Source: Camelus dromedarius (Eukaryota). Taken from it: a stretch of 64,000 nucleotides of DNA. This document shows positions 51,291 through 64,000 of this stretch, one piece after another. The stretch's first letter is position 1. The number at the start of each line of letters is the position of its first letter. The position numbers and the translations under genes were made by a program. Below the pieces are notes generated by a model that searched no databases, was not told the origin of the DNA, and saw nothing but the letters and a program-made list of their open reading frames with translations. The stretch covers positions 98,520,001-98,584,000 of the forward strand of contig NC_087437.1 of NCBI RefSeq assembly GCF_036321535.1. The letters run 5' to 3'.

Positions 51291-52238
51291 GAGAACGTGC
51301 TGTAACATTTTCCCTCCACGTTAAATTCCTGGAAGGGATGCAGGGGAGAGAAAGAGACTTAATAAAACACATTAAATTGAAGTTATTGTCTTAACTCATG
51401 ACACTTCGTCTGAATTGTTAGCTTTTATAAAAATGAGACAAATTCTCATGAATATGAAAATTGGCTCATCTTAGAAAGACCTTTACTATCGGTTAATAGA
51501 ATTAACTGGCAATAATAGCAACTATGGGGAAAAAATGACTTTAACACTATTTTCCAAATGAACAAGTATTTTTGAACACCAAGTGAGCCCCATTTTGGAA
51601 GCCAAGCAAGAAGTATAAAATATTGATCTTACATATGAAACAATTCATTACCTGGGACAGTGTATATAAAGTGTGTAACACATTCTATTGCTTATAGCAG
51701 GTCAGTTAATGTTGGTTTTTCTTCCTGTTCTCCTTGATGAGTTTAAGATCAAGTTGGGGGAAGCATGATGAACACATGTGAAACATATAAACTCATGAAA
51801 TATGATCTATGGGTGATATGTGCTGTATTTTAAATAGAAGTGAGTAGTTAGGGAAGACTTCCCAGGGAAGTGGGTTTTGAACTGGGATTTTGCAGTTGGT
51901 AAGATTTGCTTAGATGAAGAGTTGGGAACTTATTTTTGGAAAATGAAATGATTTAAATGTATACAAAACTAAATGTGAGTTTAGGGGGATCACTGAATGT
52001 ATTTGTATGGCTGAATTAGACACCTTTCATTAAAACTGAAAAACAATGCCACAAATTTCTTTTAAAAAAAAACAATGAAATTTGAAATATTTTCACTAAT
52101 TTGGGTCCAATAGCATAATCATAACGAATGCTTTGGTGGCACATTAACCCATGTCAGTTAAGCATTATGAATGGAGACATCTGACCCTAAAAGATCTTTT
52201 GATACACAAGTATATATCAAATGTTTGGTTTTTACTCC

Positions 52239-52310
52239 AAAAAAAAAAAAATAAATAAAATAAATAAATAAATAAATAAATAAATAAACAAACAAACAAA
52301 CAAAATAAAC
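52239..52310. repeat. (A)n-(TAAA)n-(CAAA)n compound microsatellite
   Basis: aaaaaaaaaaaaataaataaaataaataaataaataaataaataaataaacaaacaaacaaacaaa. Confidence 0.9.
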
Positions 52311-53649
52311 CCTCAGAGTCTGGCTAAAGGAAAGTATTTTAAACATGTTTCTTAGGATAACAGCCCAGGTTTTAGGACTCTCCCAAGTCATTTGGAGAAG
52401 GGACTGTCACAATAAGAACATAATCTTTAGGACTATCTCATCAAGTATTAATCTGTCCTTACAAATATAAACTTATCTTCTTGTCATAAAACATTAAATT
52501 AACCATCACATGCAATTTTCACTACTCATTATATTATACTGGAAGTCACATACAAATCAGAATGTACAATTTGAAAATGGTTAATGAAATACCACTTCCT
52601 TAGAAGGCAACAATTTTGTCTATAGCCACAAATTCTTGTTATTTTACAGTCTGGGTATTTCTTGTGTATTTTTAGGGAATCATTTTATAAAATGTAAGTC
52701 GAAATCTTAGGAGTGACTCTTTGGTTTAGAAGAGAAAATCGGATCATGCTAAAGCTGAGATATATAGTCATTGGTTCTACTGAAGTACATCTCAACATTT
52801 ACTTTGCTGTTTTGTATTATGCAGACTTGCAATATTCTGCATGGTGCCTGGTACATTCCAGAGAAGAGAGAAGCCAAAGATGATAACATTTTAATAACAT
52901 TAGGTTATGTGAATTTATTTTTAATACTGTGCACATGGATGAAATACGTAATCTTATTAGTGCTAATTGAAATCACATGCCAAAAAAGGTAACACAGTCC
53001 ATTGTCTTTCCTATGTTCAAGTGACATTTAATACCAAAAATATCTCACAATTAATTTGATTACTTATATATTGTATACTGTGTCTAGTGGACACCAAATG
53101 AAATAACATATATTAAAATGTTCTGTGTATTAAAAATCATCCTAAAATGTAAGATTTCATAATAATAGCTATCTTGGACCAGTGTATTTTAAAAGAAAAA
53201 TGTGGTACAGGTCTAATAGCTTTTATTACAATCCTCCGCTCAACTATCTTGTTAATGAGTAATTCCCAATTATTGTCTCTGTCAAATCTCTTGGTACTGT
53301 AACTTATTACAGAACCAAGAATAAAAATATGAAATGAAGTAAAATAGACCTAACATTAAGACATTTCCTTTTATTTTTTCTAAATAATTTTGAAAGACAA
53401 GTAGAAGTAGTTAAAACTTCAGACAAAAAAATGTTTAAGATGCATTTTATATATATTTAAAATAGTGTCTTAAGGTAATTAGTGCCTTATTTGGTCTCTG
53501 CAAATATATGGAATACAATGCTAGGAAATTGTTGGCACTTGAGTCTTAATGTCATCGCTTTTCAGATCCAACTTCTAGAGAATATAATCACTTCTAAGCA
53601 CAATATAGAGAAAATGGCACTGTGGGCTGGGTTGTGACTATATGTAGCA

Positions 53650-54960
53650 AACAATGAAATGGACACCTTGGGCCTTAGATGGAGACAAGCATACTTTTAT
53701 TGCTCTGAAATCTGTCAGATTTTTATTAACCCAATTTAAATTTACAAGTCTGTTTCCAAACACATTTAGATTTGCCAAATTCCATGGCCCATATTTCTTT
53801 AACCCTGCCAGATAAGTCTATTTATCTTTCTCTTGCTACACCCTCACCAATGGGTTTCTTCCAATTCTCTGGTCTTGTTGGCAGGGCAGTCTGACCCTTG
53901 TGACCCAGTCCTGGGCATCCTGACCTTTGTGATGTAACCTCTCTCTTGGCGAAGGGACTTTTGACCTTTGGATCCCAATCTTTTAGGATTGCCTTAAAAT
54001 GCTTCACATTGGAATTCTGATACCTGCCAATTTTACAACCACTGGGTGAAGATCTCTGGGCTCCAAGTAGGCAGTATTTCTGCTCAATTAATAACACTCC
54101 AACTGAGTCATTTTCTCAAAGAAAGAACAGCTAAATGGGTCTGAATGCAACTTCTGACTCTTTGCAATTCTCTGCTTACAGCAACTTCTCCTGTCCTTAA
54201 ATTCAAGGACTTAGTTAAAGGGGTAAGCAAACCCAGTGGGAAGTCCTCTTTGATGTGCAGGAGCTCAGATATGCAAAAGTCTTGATCAGCAAATGCTTGA
54301 AAAGTGCTTACTCTTCTCCCCTTTGGGATTGGCCATTAACTCACTTCTAGGCTTCTCAAGTAAAGCTGTTTTTTTCAGGTTGCTTCAACTTCAGTCAATA
54401 AGTGGCTTTTCGTCAGCAAGTGTTAATAACACTCCAAAAAAAATTGCCAAAGTGAGTTCATTTAGCATTAGCTCATTAGCATTTGTAAGGGACAGCCCTC
54501 TGGTATCCACATGGAGTTCCTGGATTACTGCAGTCTTTTTTAATTTTTTCTCTTCGCCTTCAAATTTCTCTCTGCTTCAAAAGATCTTAGACAACAATTC
54601 TATGAAAAATTTTCAATACTCACTTTATTTCATGACTCAAGAGCGTTCACTGGGGTCCATGTCCCATCTTGGTGAGTCTGCCTGCTGTTCGAAATCTCCC
54701 ACCATTATTTCCCAGCATCATTATTTTGTCTCCTCCTTCAATATACTTCAGTCTTATTTATCTGCTCCTGATACCATTATTTCTTCCTTCAGGATTTTTT
54801 TTGCCTCCCTTCTATGACTTTCATTTTCTTACACCTTTGAATTTTAAAGGTCTCTTCCTCAAGAAACTTTGCTGTGGTTTCCCTGCTTCTGACCCATCTG
54901 TCTTCTATTCATGGTATCGTCGACATGGATATATGGTACTTCACTCTATTATATTTAACC
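53650..54960 (-). mobile_element. Putative decayed ORF1 (and possibly the endonuclease start) of an ancient non-LTR retrotransposon
   Basis: Purine-biased coding-like tract on the minus strand; its antisense is the 174-aa Ser/Phe-rich ORF 54293-54817. Colinear motifs NLR, IEQ, PVVVKL, KVRM/QD; see finding. Confidence 0.35.
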
Positions 54961-54964
54961 TATT

Positions 54965-55190
54965 CTGAAAAATAATGGCAATACTAATAACTGCTGTTTT
55001 CCAAGTCTTACTACACTTCTTCATTTATCACTTTTTATCAAGGCAATAAGCCTCTAAGGTAGATACTATGACATTTTATTTTATAGGGGAAAAAAACTGA
55101 AGCTTAAGGAAATTTCATGAGGTCACCTGGGTAGTAAGTACCAGGGCTGGATGTGAACTTACATTTGCTAAGAGCAGAACGTGAGCACTT
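54965..55190 (-). mobile_element. MIR SINE
   Basis: 'attttataggggaaaaaaactgaagcttaagg...gaggtcacctgggtagtaagtaccagggctggatgtgaact'. Confidence 0.7.
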
Positions 55191-56744
55191 GGTTACCTGT
55201 TGTGCTCCTGGTTACTCCAGCACCTAACCCTTCTTAAGCACCTAGTAGGGATCAGACTCCACGGCTAAGTGCTGGGGACATAGCACCACAGTTCCTGCCT
55301 GCCCCTGTGGATGTCATTGGAGCAAAGAGATAAACTAAATGGTAAAAGGTGCAGAACTACTTTGAGTAAATAAGGAAACTTACCAGAAGAAGTGTCAGAG
55401 TTAAATTTGAAGTGGGGAGGAGTTTGCCAGGCCAGCAAGCAAGGGGTAGAAGGAAGTCTAGACACCAAGGTTAAGAAGCAAGGAGGATCTTGGTGCACTT
55501 GAGAATGCAGTCACCCAGGAAAGGAGGTCTCGGAGGCTGGGAGGCTCACATCCCAAAGGGCTTGTACAACAAGACGGAGGGGGTTGGACTTTGTCCTCTA
55601 AAGTTGGGTTGGCTTTGCCACACGCTCTCTCTGCAGGATTTTCCCTCCTGATTGAACCCTGAGAATTTTGATGACAGAATCATTATCATCTCAATTGTTT
55701 GTATTCCCACCCAGATGCTCCTCCAGACAGAAAAGGACCCATCTGTCCATTGGAAGCCTTGGCTTCCTTGCTGTTTTTCCCTTAGTGTAGACCTGGTACC
55801 ATCTGGGAAGTATGGGTTCTGAACACATGGAGTCTCTATTCCAAAAGAAGTTAAGTGGCTATTGTTCAAAGGGTGTGATGCTTATGGGACCTGTGTTAAA
55901 GCTGCGATAAGGAGTAAGAGAGAGTGAGGCCCAACAGTGGCTTTCAGACAGGGGCTTAGCCTAGAGAAGATGGAACAGAAAGACAGTAAGAAATAGAAGT
56001 GGTGGGTAGGGAGGGGAGGGCACCATAATCCACACTTATCAGCTGCCTTGGTGTGGAGCCCTGTTTTTATTGCCATTAAAATAAGATCACTCCTCTGCAC
56101 TAACTCACTGTTAAAAAAAAAAAAAAAAAGAATTCAAGTAGAAGCTGATTGAAGTTTAAAAGTGAGAGGAAAATCAGAAAAAAAATCCAGCTGTTGGATG
56201 AATAATTCTTGTGAAAGGAAGCTTCATGTGGGTGTGTTTTTATATCTGTAATAGACATATTATCCCTTCTTGCTAATGAAAAAGATGGGTGGTCTTAAAG
56301 CCATTTATGGCCATGCAGTCTGGGGCCCCTGCTGTTGTTAACTGTGAGAAGAGATTGCTTAGTGCTCTGTGTTCTCTAGGGGATTATTAAAAGAACCTAG
56401 AAAAGATGGAATTGTAGCATTCCAGAGTGCACCCTGACCACCCACCTCACGTGGGATGAAGGGGTTTTTGGTATTCAAGATCCTGGAAGGCTTGATGTAG
56501 AAAATGTGACATTTGTCCTTTTTTACTCTAGAGTTTCAAAACAATTCTATTTAGTGATCCAAACTTGGTAGGTTGAAAAAGAGGGAATTGATGTTCTAAA
56601 TCCAAGTTCATCCATCTAGTATTGGCTTAAAATAATATAGAAAAATAAAATAGTAATGTAGAATTCCTTTAATGACAAAAATCACATACAAAGTTCAATA
56701 AATGAAAATATGGAAAGCAAATGTTTAAAAGATGCAGTAGAGTC

Positions 56745-56960
56745 TGTTTGAATTCAGATATCTATTTCTCAGCTCAATATTAGTGTGACCTTGGGAACAA
56801 GATCAAAACTCTGGCCTCTGTTTCTTTATCTATAGAAGAGTGGTAAACATGACATCCATCTCTTGGGGTTCTTGTGCGAATTAAATACATTGTAGGCATA
56901 AAGCACTGGGAAGAGTGTTGGCACACACAAGTTCCTCACTAAATGCTAGCAATTATTTTT
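56745..56960 (+). mobile_element. MIR SINE
   Basis: 'tagtgtgaccttgggaac...gcctctgtttctttatctatagaa...aaagcactgggaagagtgttggcacac'. Confidence 0.75.
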
Positions 56961-58355
56961 ATTCCTTTTAAGCCTACAGTGTAAGTCAAAAGTATAAAGA
57001 TTTATAAAAGAGATGTCATTTGAGTGTATAGTACAATTGTTTTCAAGATAATTAAGATGGTCTATTGAGCAGATTAACGTATTTAATTTTTTAGTAACTC
57101 TATACATTGGTACCAAATGTTTGAATCTCTCTATTTCTCTCTCTCTCTATATATATACATACAGATATATGAATATATCTGTATTTTTCTGCATCCTCTC
57201 TTACCCCCAATGCACACTGTAGCTTGTATAAAAGGGGAAGAGGGGGCTGACCATTATACTACTGGAAGTTAACACACACACACACATTCTGAAATATTTC
57301 TCAGCGTGTGACACCCCCCCATCACCCATTCTTTCCCTTTACCTCCTGACTCAGGAAAAACTAGGGAAAGGGAACCTCCTCTCTGGCTCACTACCTGGGT
57401 GATTCTCCTCACACTAAAGCTTAAGAGTACTTACCCTGTAATCTGAAGTAAGATTTAACTAATGCTAAGCAAGCGAAGTTCTGTAAGATCTGTTTATAAT
57501 ATCCCTTCGCATTTAAACATGCAGACTCCAAATTCCAATTCTTTGTAGTAGATTAATTTTTTTTCTTTTTATAAATTGGACTCTTTTGGTGACAGATGTA
57601 ATGCCGGTGCCAAAAGAAGCCATAAGGCATGTTTATAAGCTTGATCTTTAAGACCTTTCCACCAGTCTCAGCAGGGTTTAGGCAATGCCGATCCAATGGC
57701 GTGGTCATTTTCCTATTAGAGGCCAAAAGAAAATGTTTCTTGTTACTTGGCAGAGGTACATCCCTGTGCTGGCTTTAATTCCTGTGTTCCTGTATGATTT
57801 GTCACTGGGTCATCTCCTTCTGAGATGCTCCAGAGGTGACTATTTGCCTCCAGGTCCTCCTCTACTATGATCTCCAGCATGAATCTCAACACGCTGAAAC
57901 AGGGCACTTTCCACAGGAGTCTTCAGCTTCAGAAGAGGCCGCCTTTTATATGTCTCATGAATATGGCCCCACTTCTTCAAGCTCTCCTCTCTGACCTCTG
58001 TCCCATTTAGTGGAGTTCAATTGTCTCCCACATATATTTGAGCTAATGATAGAAGCATTAAGCAAAAGTTGAAAAAAGGGACAAATGGATTCATCATGAA
58101 AATGTACTGTGCCATAAAAAACTCCACACACCAAGATGCTCTTCACAGTAGGTAGTAAATGTGTGAAACTCATTGCCTTGAGATATTTTATGGGCTATTA
58201 TATATAAATAGGTTCAAGAAGGACTATAGCAGGTTATTAAACAAAACTGGGATGCCAGAGGTGCACGTGGCAGGCTCATCTCTTACCTTCGGGGGCACCT
58301 TGGAGGTAGGCGGTGCACTGCTTAGTGCGCCAGTCAGAGAGGTGCTCAGTGAGGG

Positions 58356-58745
58356 TGTATTAGTTTCCTGTGGCTGCTGTAACAAATCACCGCAAACTTG
58401 GGGGCTTAAAAACAACAGAAATGTATTCTCTCACACTCCTGGGGCCAGAAGTCTGAAATCAAAGTGTCTGCAGGACACACACCCTGCAGGAGCTCTGGGA
58501 AAGAATCCTTTCCTCTTCCAGCTTCCCTGACCCTGGTGTCCCCATCTCTGCTTCCATCTTCACTACGCCTTCTCTGCTGTGTGTCTTTCTTATAAAGATA
58601 TACATGATTAGATTTATAATCCAGCATAAGCTCCTCCTCTATAATTCTTCATTATATCTTTTGCCATATAAGGCCAGTATTCATGCTTCTGCCATATTGG
58701 GTAAGATTCAGATTAGCACATGCACATATACTCTTGGGAGCTGCT
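58356..58745 (-). mobile_element. MaLR solo LTR (MLT1C/D-like)
   Basis: 'tgtattagtttcctgtggctgctgtaacaaatcaccgcaaacttgggggcttaaaaacaacagaaatgtattctctcac...ccagaagtctgaaatcaaagtgtc'. Confidence 0.85.
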
Positions 58746-59689
58746 ATAGGGAGGGATCATCCTTCTAGGCACACTAGGGTTTGGATTGTTCCTCCGTTTT
58801 TTGGGTTTTTTTTTTCTTTTTTTAAGAGTCAGAGGGCTACTCCAGCCTAATCACTTAATACCTATCATGAGACTACCAACTGTAACTTTCCTAATTTCTG
58901 CATTCCTACAGCAACATTGGGCGCAGGATTGCTGGATGTTCAAGTGAAAACAAGAACTGGGAAACGGCAGATTTAAAACAACTTTAATGAGACTTCTCAG
59001 AGGTTCATTATGCCTATTGTCTTTGTGACATTGCAAAATGACAATATAATAAGCTCATTTTTCAGACTCTTTTAACCACAGATTCCCTAGCTAGTGTTCC
59101 CTAGCACACACTTTGGGAACCATGCTCTGAAGCTAGTACTCCACTGTTGTTTCTCCTCTGAGGACCACACATAGGGCCACGGCCCTCCTCGTCACATTTA
59201 CAGGTTATGATTTCCTCATAATTATTTTGAATTATGACAAGAGGAGCCTAGTTGTTCTCTGACTTAACAAGTTCCCTCTGGATCTGAGCAGATTTTCTTT
59301 CTTTTGGGTTTTACACGAAAGTCAGTAATTTTCCCCAGAGCCATCCAGCTCCTACACTCTAAACATGCACATGGTCCGAGGAAAGCTGTACACAGGCTTC
59401 TGTGATTTGCTGCTCACTCTGGGTAGAAAGCAAATGCTGCCTGTAAGAAGCTCCTGCATGCTCGTCTTGACTCCTCCTTGTCCAGCTGCCATGCTTACCT
59501 CTTTTAGAGACTGAGCAGATCTTAAAAAGAATATGGCATCCATTACCCTAATATCTTTTAACTTTTCTCTTAGAGTCAGATGAGAGAAGAGGGATATTAT
59601 TTTATCACAATACATTGATACAATTTTAAGTCTTTGAGTGTCCTTTTATTTAAAAAAAATTTTTTTATAAATACTTTTCTATTTTCTTC

Positions 59690-60540
59690 AACTGGTCATT
59701 CAATAAATATTTATTGAATCTTAGGGTGTGCCAACTCCTGTGGTAGATTTGGGATGGGGAAGGATCATGAATCTGGATGAGACTCTGTTTCTGCCTTCAA
59801 GGCACTCTCAGGCTAGTGAAAGATACGCCGCATGGGAAAAATCTATTATGAAACACATTTGATTGGCAGTGTGAGAAACACGTGACAGCAGCCTAGAGGA
59901 GAAAAAGATGAACTCTGCTTGGGAAAGTTTTGTGACAGTAACATTCCCAGTGGGTTTTGAAGAATGATTAGAAATTCATTAACTGTGGGAAAGTACAATC
60001 TAGGATTAAAATATATATTTTTTAATATTTTATACACACACACATATATATATACAGAATCAGAGCTGGACCTGGTGCACTTGGAGAGCCGTGAGAAGCA
60101 TAGTTCCCGCACAGAGGTAAAAGGGATATAACACAGGAAACAGGCTGAAGAGGCAGGTTAATGTCTAACTTGGGGTGACTGTGATGCCCTGACAAGTAGC
60201 ATAGACATTATTGTGCAGGAAAGTGGGAGACTTTGAAGGGTTTTATACAAAAGAGTGACATGGTGAAATTTTGATCTTAGAAAGACAATTCTGAAGTCAG
60301 GACACATGGAAGATTCCTTTTAAAGGGAAGAACCTGCCAGATTACTAGTAAGGAAACTTACTAATCTGTATAAAAGGTGAAGGGGGTCAGAGCTAAGGCA
60401 GTGGCATCTGAGATAGAAGTAGCATGATTTATTGACAAGTTGATTGATAGTCCAGTGGATGAGGGAGTAGCTGATGGTGACTCCAAGGCTTTGTCTTGTG
60501 GGGTCAGTTGGGTGGATAGCGAAGACAACAAGCAAGATAA
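59690..60540 (-). mobile_element. L2 fragments
   Basis: 'cattcaataaatatttattgaatc...ctgccttcaaggcactc...agagtgacatggtgaaattttgatcttagaaagacaattctg'. Confidence 0.7.
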
Positions 60541-60629
60541 GCAAGCATGGATGTTGCTCTAGGGTGAATCTGCGGGTGGGAGGAGGCAGAGAAGGACTGG
60601 GTTGTAACTAAGGAGGGAGATCAGCCTTC

Positions 60630-61202
60630 TGTGGCAGAGCTGGGGTTGGCTCACTCAGCCCCCCATCTCTCCCCCTTTCAGTGTGACTTCCTGTCCTATA
60701 TCCAGTGCTACTAAAATGCAGTAATGCTGAAAATCTGCATTTCCCAGCACCCATCGCATATCCACTCCTGAGACTTGGAAGGTGGAGGTGGACTTCCTGA
60801 GGTGGATACCACACTCCCATTACTTTAGCTGTTTCCACAGGCAAGCAAGACCTTCTTGGGTGTTTGTTTCTTTTGTGGCAGCTGTAGGAAGGTTTCCAGC
60901 GTCCAGCCTTTAGCTTGACAGTGTTGAGAGGTAGTGACGAGGACACTCAGTTTTCTGGCTTCTGTTGTGGAAGCGGTGGCCTGACGGCTCTGGAGCTGAC
61001 AGCCTCCTGCCTCCCCAGCCTCCTGACTGTGACGGAGGCCATGACTTGCATGGAGGTAGTTCCGGAGTGCTGTTCTGGAAGTCATTCCTGGACACTCAGT
61101 TTAGGGCCTATTCTTCCAGTCTTTCTATAAATCACCAAAATCTTCTCTTCTTAACCTAGCCAGAATGGTTTCAGTTATCCATAACTGATCCCTGACTAAT
61201 TC
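60630..61202 (+). mobile_element. ERVL solo LTR (LTR33-like)
   Basis: 'gctgaaaatctgcatttcccagc' and 3' 'ctagccagaatggtttcagtta...ccctgactaattca'. Confidence 0.6.
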
Positions 61203-61564
61203 ACCTTCAAATGGGAAAAAAAATTATTAGAGAATTCTTTAAATATTGTTCTCTTGATAAAATCATGAAGTAGGTTTAACATTAAGTATATTTATCTGCT
61301 ACTGACACTGTAGCAATCTCCTCAATTGAGATTATAAAGGATACGGCCTTGTCATAAACACTTTTGAGCACCCAGTGCCTAGACCAGTGCTTTGTGCTTG
61401 GTGGTGGCCAGTAAGTTGATTAGGTTTCTTTGCATTTAATTGAATTGACTGAACAATTTGTGCTTTGTCTAATAGTGGCTTATAATACAGTTGGCAATCT
61501 CCCTAACTCCGAGAGTTGTTTTATACTATAAATTGCCCATATTGTTAGTATCTAAAATGCTTTG

Positions 61565-62100
61565 ATCTTAAATTTCTTCAGAATTCTCAGATGCATGCCA
61601 TCTGGCTTCAGTGACTCATGGAAATTTAATGTCTTGAGTTGTATTCACCACCTGTTGTTTCCTTTTTTATATTTATGCTCGTGAAACATATTTGCTTTCA
61701 ATGAAAAGTACTTCTTTAGTAAAAAAATTCGACATTTATCTTGTCAGGGATGATCACCGACTGAGTAATCTGGAGAAACAATTCAACCTTCTTTGATTCT
61801 TAAATACTCCTGTCCTCTCCAGGGAGTACGTGATTGCATTTTGAATTCTTCAGCAGTCACCAGACAGGGATCACTGTCAATCCTTAGGCTATTCTTGTAG
61901 TGGAGTGTTTTTTTTTTTCCCTCTAGGTTTTATCTGAATTTGGTTGTTTTCATCTCTCTTGCATTTCAGCAGTGTTCATATCTGGTATTCTATGCCAGTA
62001 TCACTGTCTCTTCCGTATGTTGTATTTCTTCTTATGGACACTTGTGATTTTAATACTTTCAATGGTATGGAGCCTTCAAAAGGTTCCCTGTACATTTCTG
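61565..62100 (-). mobile_element. CR1/L3 LINE remnant (ORF2 tether to RT start)
   Basis: Minus strand ~61635-61575 translates LNFHESLKPDGMHLRILKKF, similar to CR1 L.VHKSMGPDGMHPRVL.EL. Upstream 'gcaagagagatgaaaacaac' resembles the ARD.K.NKK motif. Confidence 0.65.
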
Positions 62101-62229
62101 TGCAATGAATCAACTAGAGGACGTATGAGGATGAGATGTAGATATTCCTTCCTGTACCTGTCAGGACACCTCTTGTACCAGCTCAAACTGGCTGAAAGAG
62201 AAATGGAGCATATCAAGGATTAATGAGGT

Positions 62230-62480
62230 AGAGAAGGCTTCAGGGATACTTTACATGAAGTTCTTGTTCCATTCTTTGCCATTTTCTTGGTTTTGCTTCC
62301 TTTGTGTTGGCTTTATTTGAGGCTGGCTTCTCCATCGTTGCAAGACAACTATCGACAATAGCGAGAGTCATCTGCTGCCTTGTCAATCCATTGAACAGAA
62401 TTCCTAAGCTTTGCTCTCTCATTGAACCACTCTTAGATAGCGGGGATGAATCCCTCTCTGGAACAACAGCATGAGCAGTA
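62230..62480 (-). mobile_element. Old MaLR LTR fragment
   Basis: Minus strand 'gaagccagcctcaaataaagccaacacaaaggaagcaaaaccaagaaaatgg' is MLT1-like. Confidence 0.4.
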
Positions 62481-63534
62481 CTTCATGAGCGTTACCCTGG
62501 GAGGGAAATTTGAATGGATTTTGGGAAGGAAACTATGATATCTCTTCTTCCTATGACCCGGTTTGTTATGGTCTGAGTTAGACCCCAACTGGACAATTTC
62601 CCAGTATCCTTAAGGGCAGAATAACTTTTAATATATATAGTTGCATTGCTTTTACTAAATATATTTTTCCTGTTTCCTCTGTTGACAATGCAAAGCTTAA
62701 GGGCAGATTTTATCTCTTTTATCCCTTTACTATTGATGCTCACCAGTCACAGGAATCTCCTTCCTATAAGACACTAATAAATGTTCACTCTCTATCTATA
62801 TGTTATTCTGATTATATGGCTTTAGAATAATGCAATTTTTAGATTTATTTTATATAACTCTTGACTTAGGCTTTGTCTCTTGGGTCATACAGAGCCAGAA
62901 CTAGGTAATCAGCTAATCATCAAACACATATTAAGTCCTAATGTATGCCAGGCATTTGGTGGGCACTTGGATGGGGGAGAGAGCAAGGAGCTTCACACAG
63001 GTAGTATCTCATGAAACTATTTCAAGGCGAAGGTAAGTGGAAGATACCCACCTCCCACACCTGCGCCTCTCCTCCTATCACTTTTGGCATTCTCCTTGCT
63101 CTCTGACGCTTATCCCAGGTTCCCGGTGTGACTGTGTGTGTTGCCCCATGTCTTTGGCTTTCTGCTGCTGCAGCTTATCAGCTCTCAGAGGGCTTTTCTA
63201 TTTGTCCATCAAACCATTATGAAACAGCTACAGGGATCCCAAGATGACTGAAGGGGAGCACCTGGCCTTTGGGAGTTCACAATCCAGTGACATGTTGACA
63301 TGCAAACAGTAATGTGGTGTGTGCCTGGGTACACATCAGAATGGGATCTAATTCAAGCTCCCAGAACAGGGAAGTCAAGGAAGTTTTCCCTGAGACAGTG
63401 ATGCCTATGAACCGGAAAAAAAAAAAAAAAGAAAGGTGTGGGGTGGGGACATTGCATCAGAGGGAGCAACATGACCAGAGGCCACATGAAAGAATCTAGA
63501 TGTTAACGTCATACAGTAGTAGAAATACATTTCT

Positions 63535-63835
63535 TTTTTTTTCCCCCAACTATTTTTCTTGTGATGAGAGCTCTTAAGATTTACTTACTCTCTTGGCGAC
63601 TTTCAAATATACAATACAGTATCCTTAACCATAGTCATCATGCTGTGCATTACATCCCCATGACTGACTTATTTTATACCTGGAAGTTTGTGCTTTTCGA
63701 TCTCTTTCATCTGTTTTGCCAACCCCCCAACCCCCGCCTTTGGTGAACACCGACCAATCTGTTCTCTGTATCTATGAGGTTTTTTTTTTTTCCTCCTCAG
63801 ATTCCACATATAATTGATGAGTGAGACACGTGGAA
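63535..63835 (-). mobile_element. L1 3' fragment
   Basis: 'gtgatgagagctcttaagattta...ctttcaaatatacaatacagtat...catgctgtgcattacatcccca...ccaatctgttctctgtatctatgag'. Confidence 0.85.
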
Positions 63836-64000
63836 TTTGTCCAATACATTTCTGTACCTGGATCATTTAATATACGTGAGAAATTGCTAAGAACAGCCTC
63901 ATCTTTCATGTTCTGATTCGAGTGGTGTGGCTAAAATTTCGGTGATACTTAAATCACTAGCTGATACCAAGGAGAACAGTTTTCATCACAAATAGACAAG

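Noticed and set aside
54293..54817. Longest ORF (174 aa, + strand) as a real gene
   Set aside because: Ser/Phe-rich with no recognisable domain; better explained as the antisense shadow of a decayed minus-strand coding tract.
57760..58030. Protein-like minus-strand frame EVREESLKKWGHIHETYKRRPLLKLKTPVES...
   Set aside because: Bounded by stops with no donor site; contains TATAAAAG and may be an old LTR, which I cannot assign.

Overview
AT-rich mammalian genomic DNA, intergenic or deep intronic. Two young tRNA-derived SINEs resembling the camelid Vic-1 type suggest a camel or alpaca source (inference). I recognise no intact host protein-coding gene, structural RNA gene or CRISPR array. The only ORF-track entries I can identify are fragments of a dead L1 ORF2 (3.9-6.8 kb). 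The window is dense in transposable elements: a 4.3-kb internally deleted L1, short 5'-truncated L1 3' stubs with target-site duplications, solo LTRs (MaLR MLT1, ERVL and ERV1 types), hAT MITEs, many MIR and L2 copies, and CR1/L3 and probable RTE remnants. The best leads are two heavily decayed tracts (32.45-33.6 kb on +, 53.65-54.96 kb on -). Translated by eye across stops and frameshifts, they resemble the rarely preserved 5' ends (ORF1 plus endonuclease start) of very old non-LTR retrotransposons. I also list a few weak candidate exons and enhancer-like motif clusters. I cannot support a new functional biological system from this sequence alone. Repeat family names and most old-repeat boundaries are from memory and approximate.
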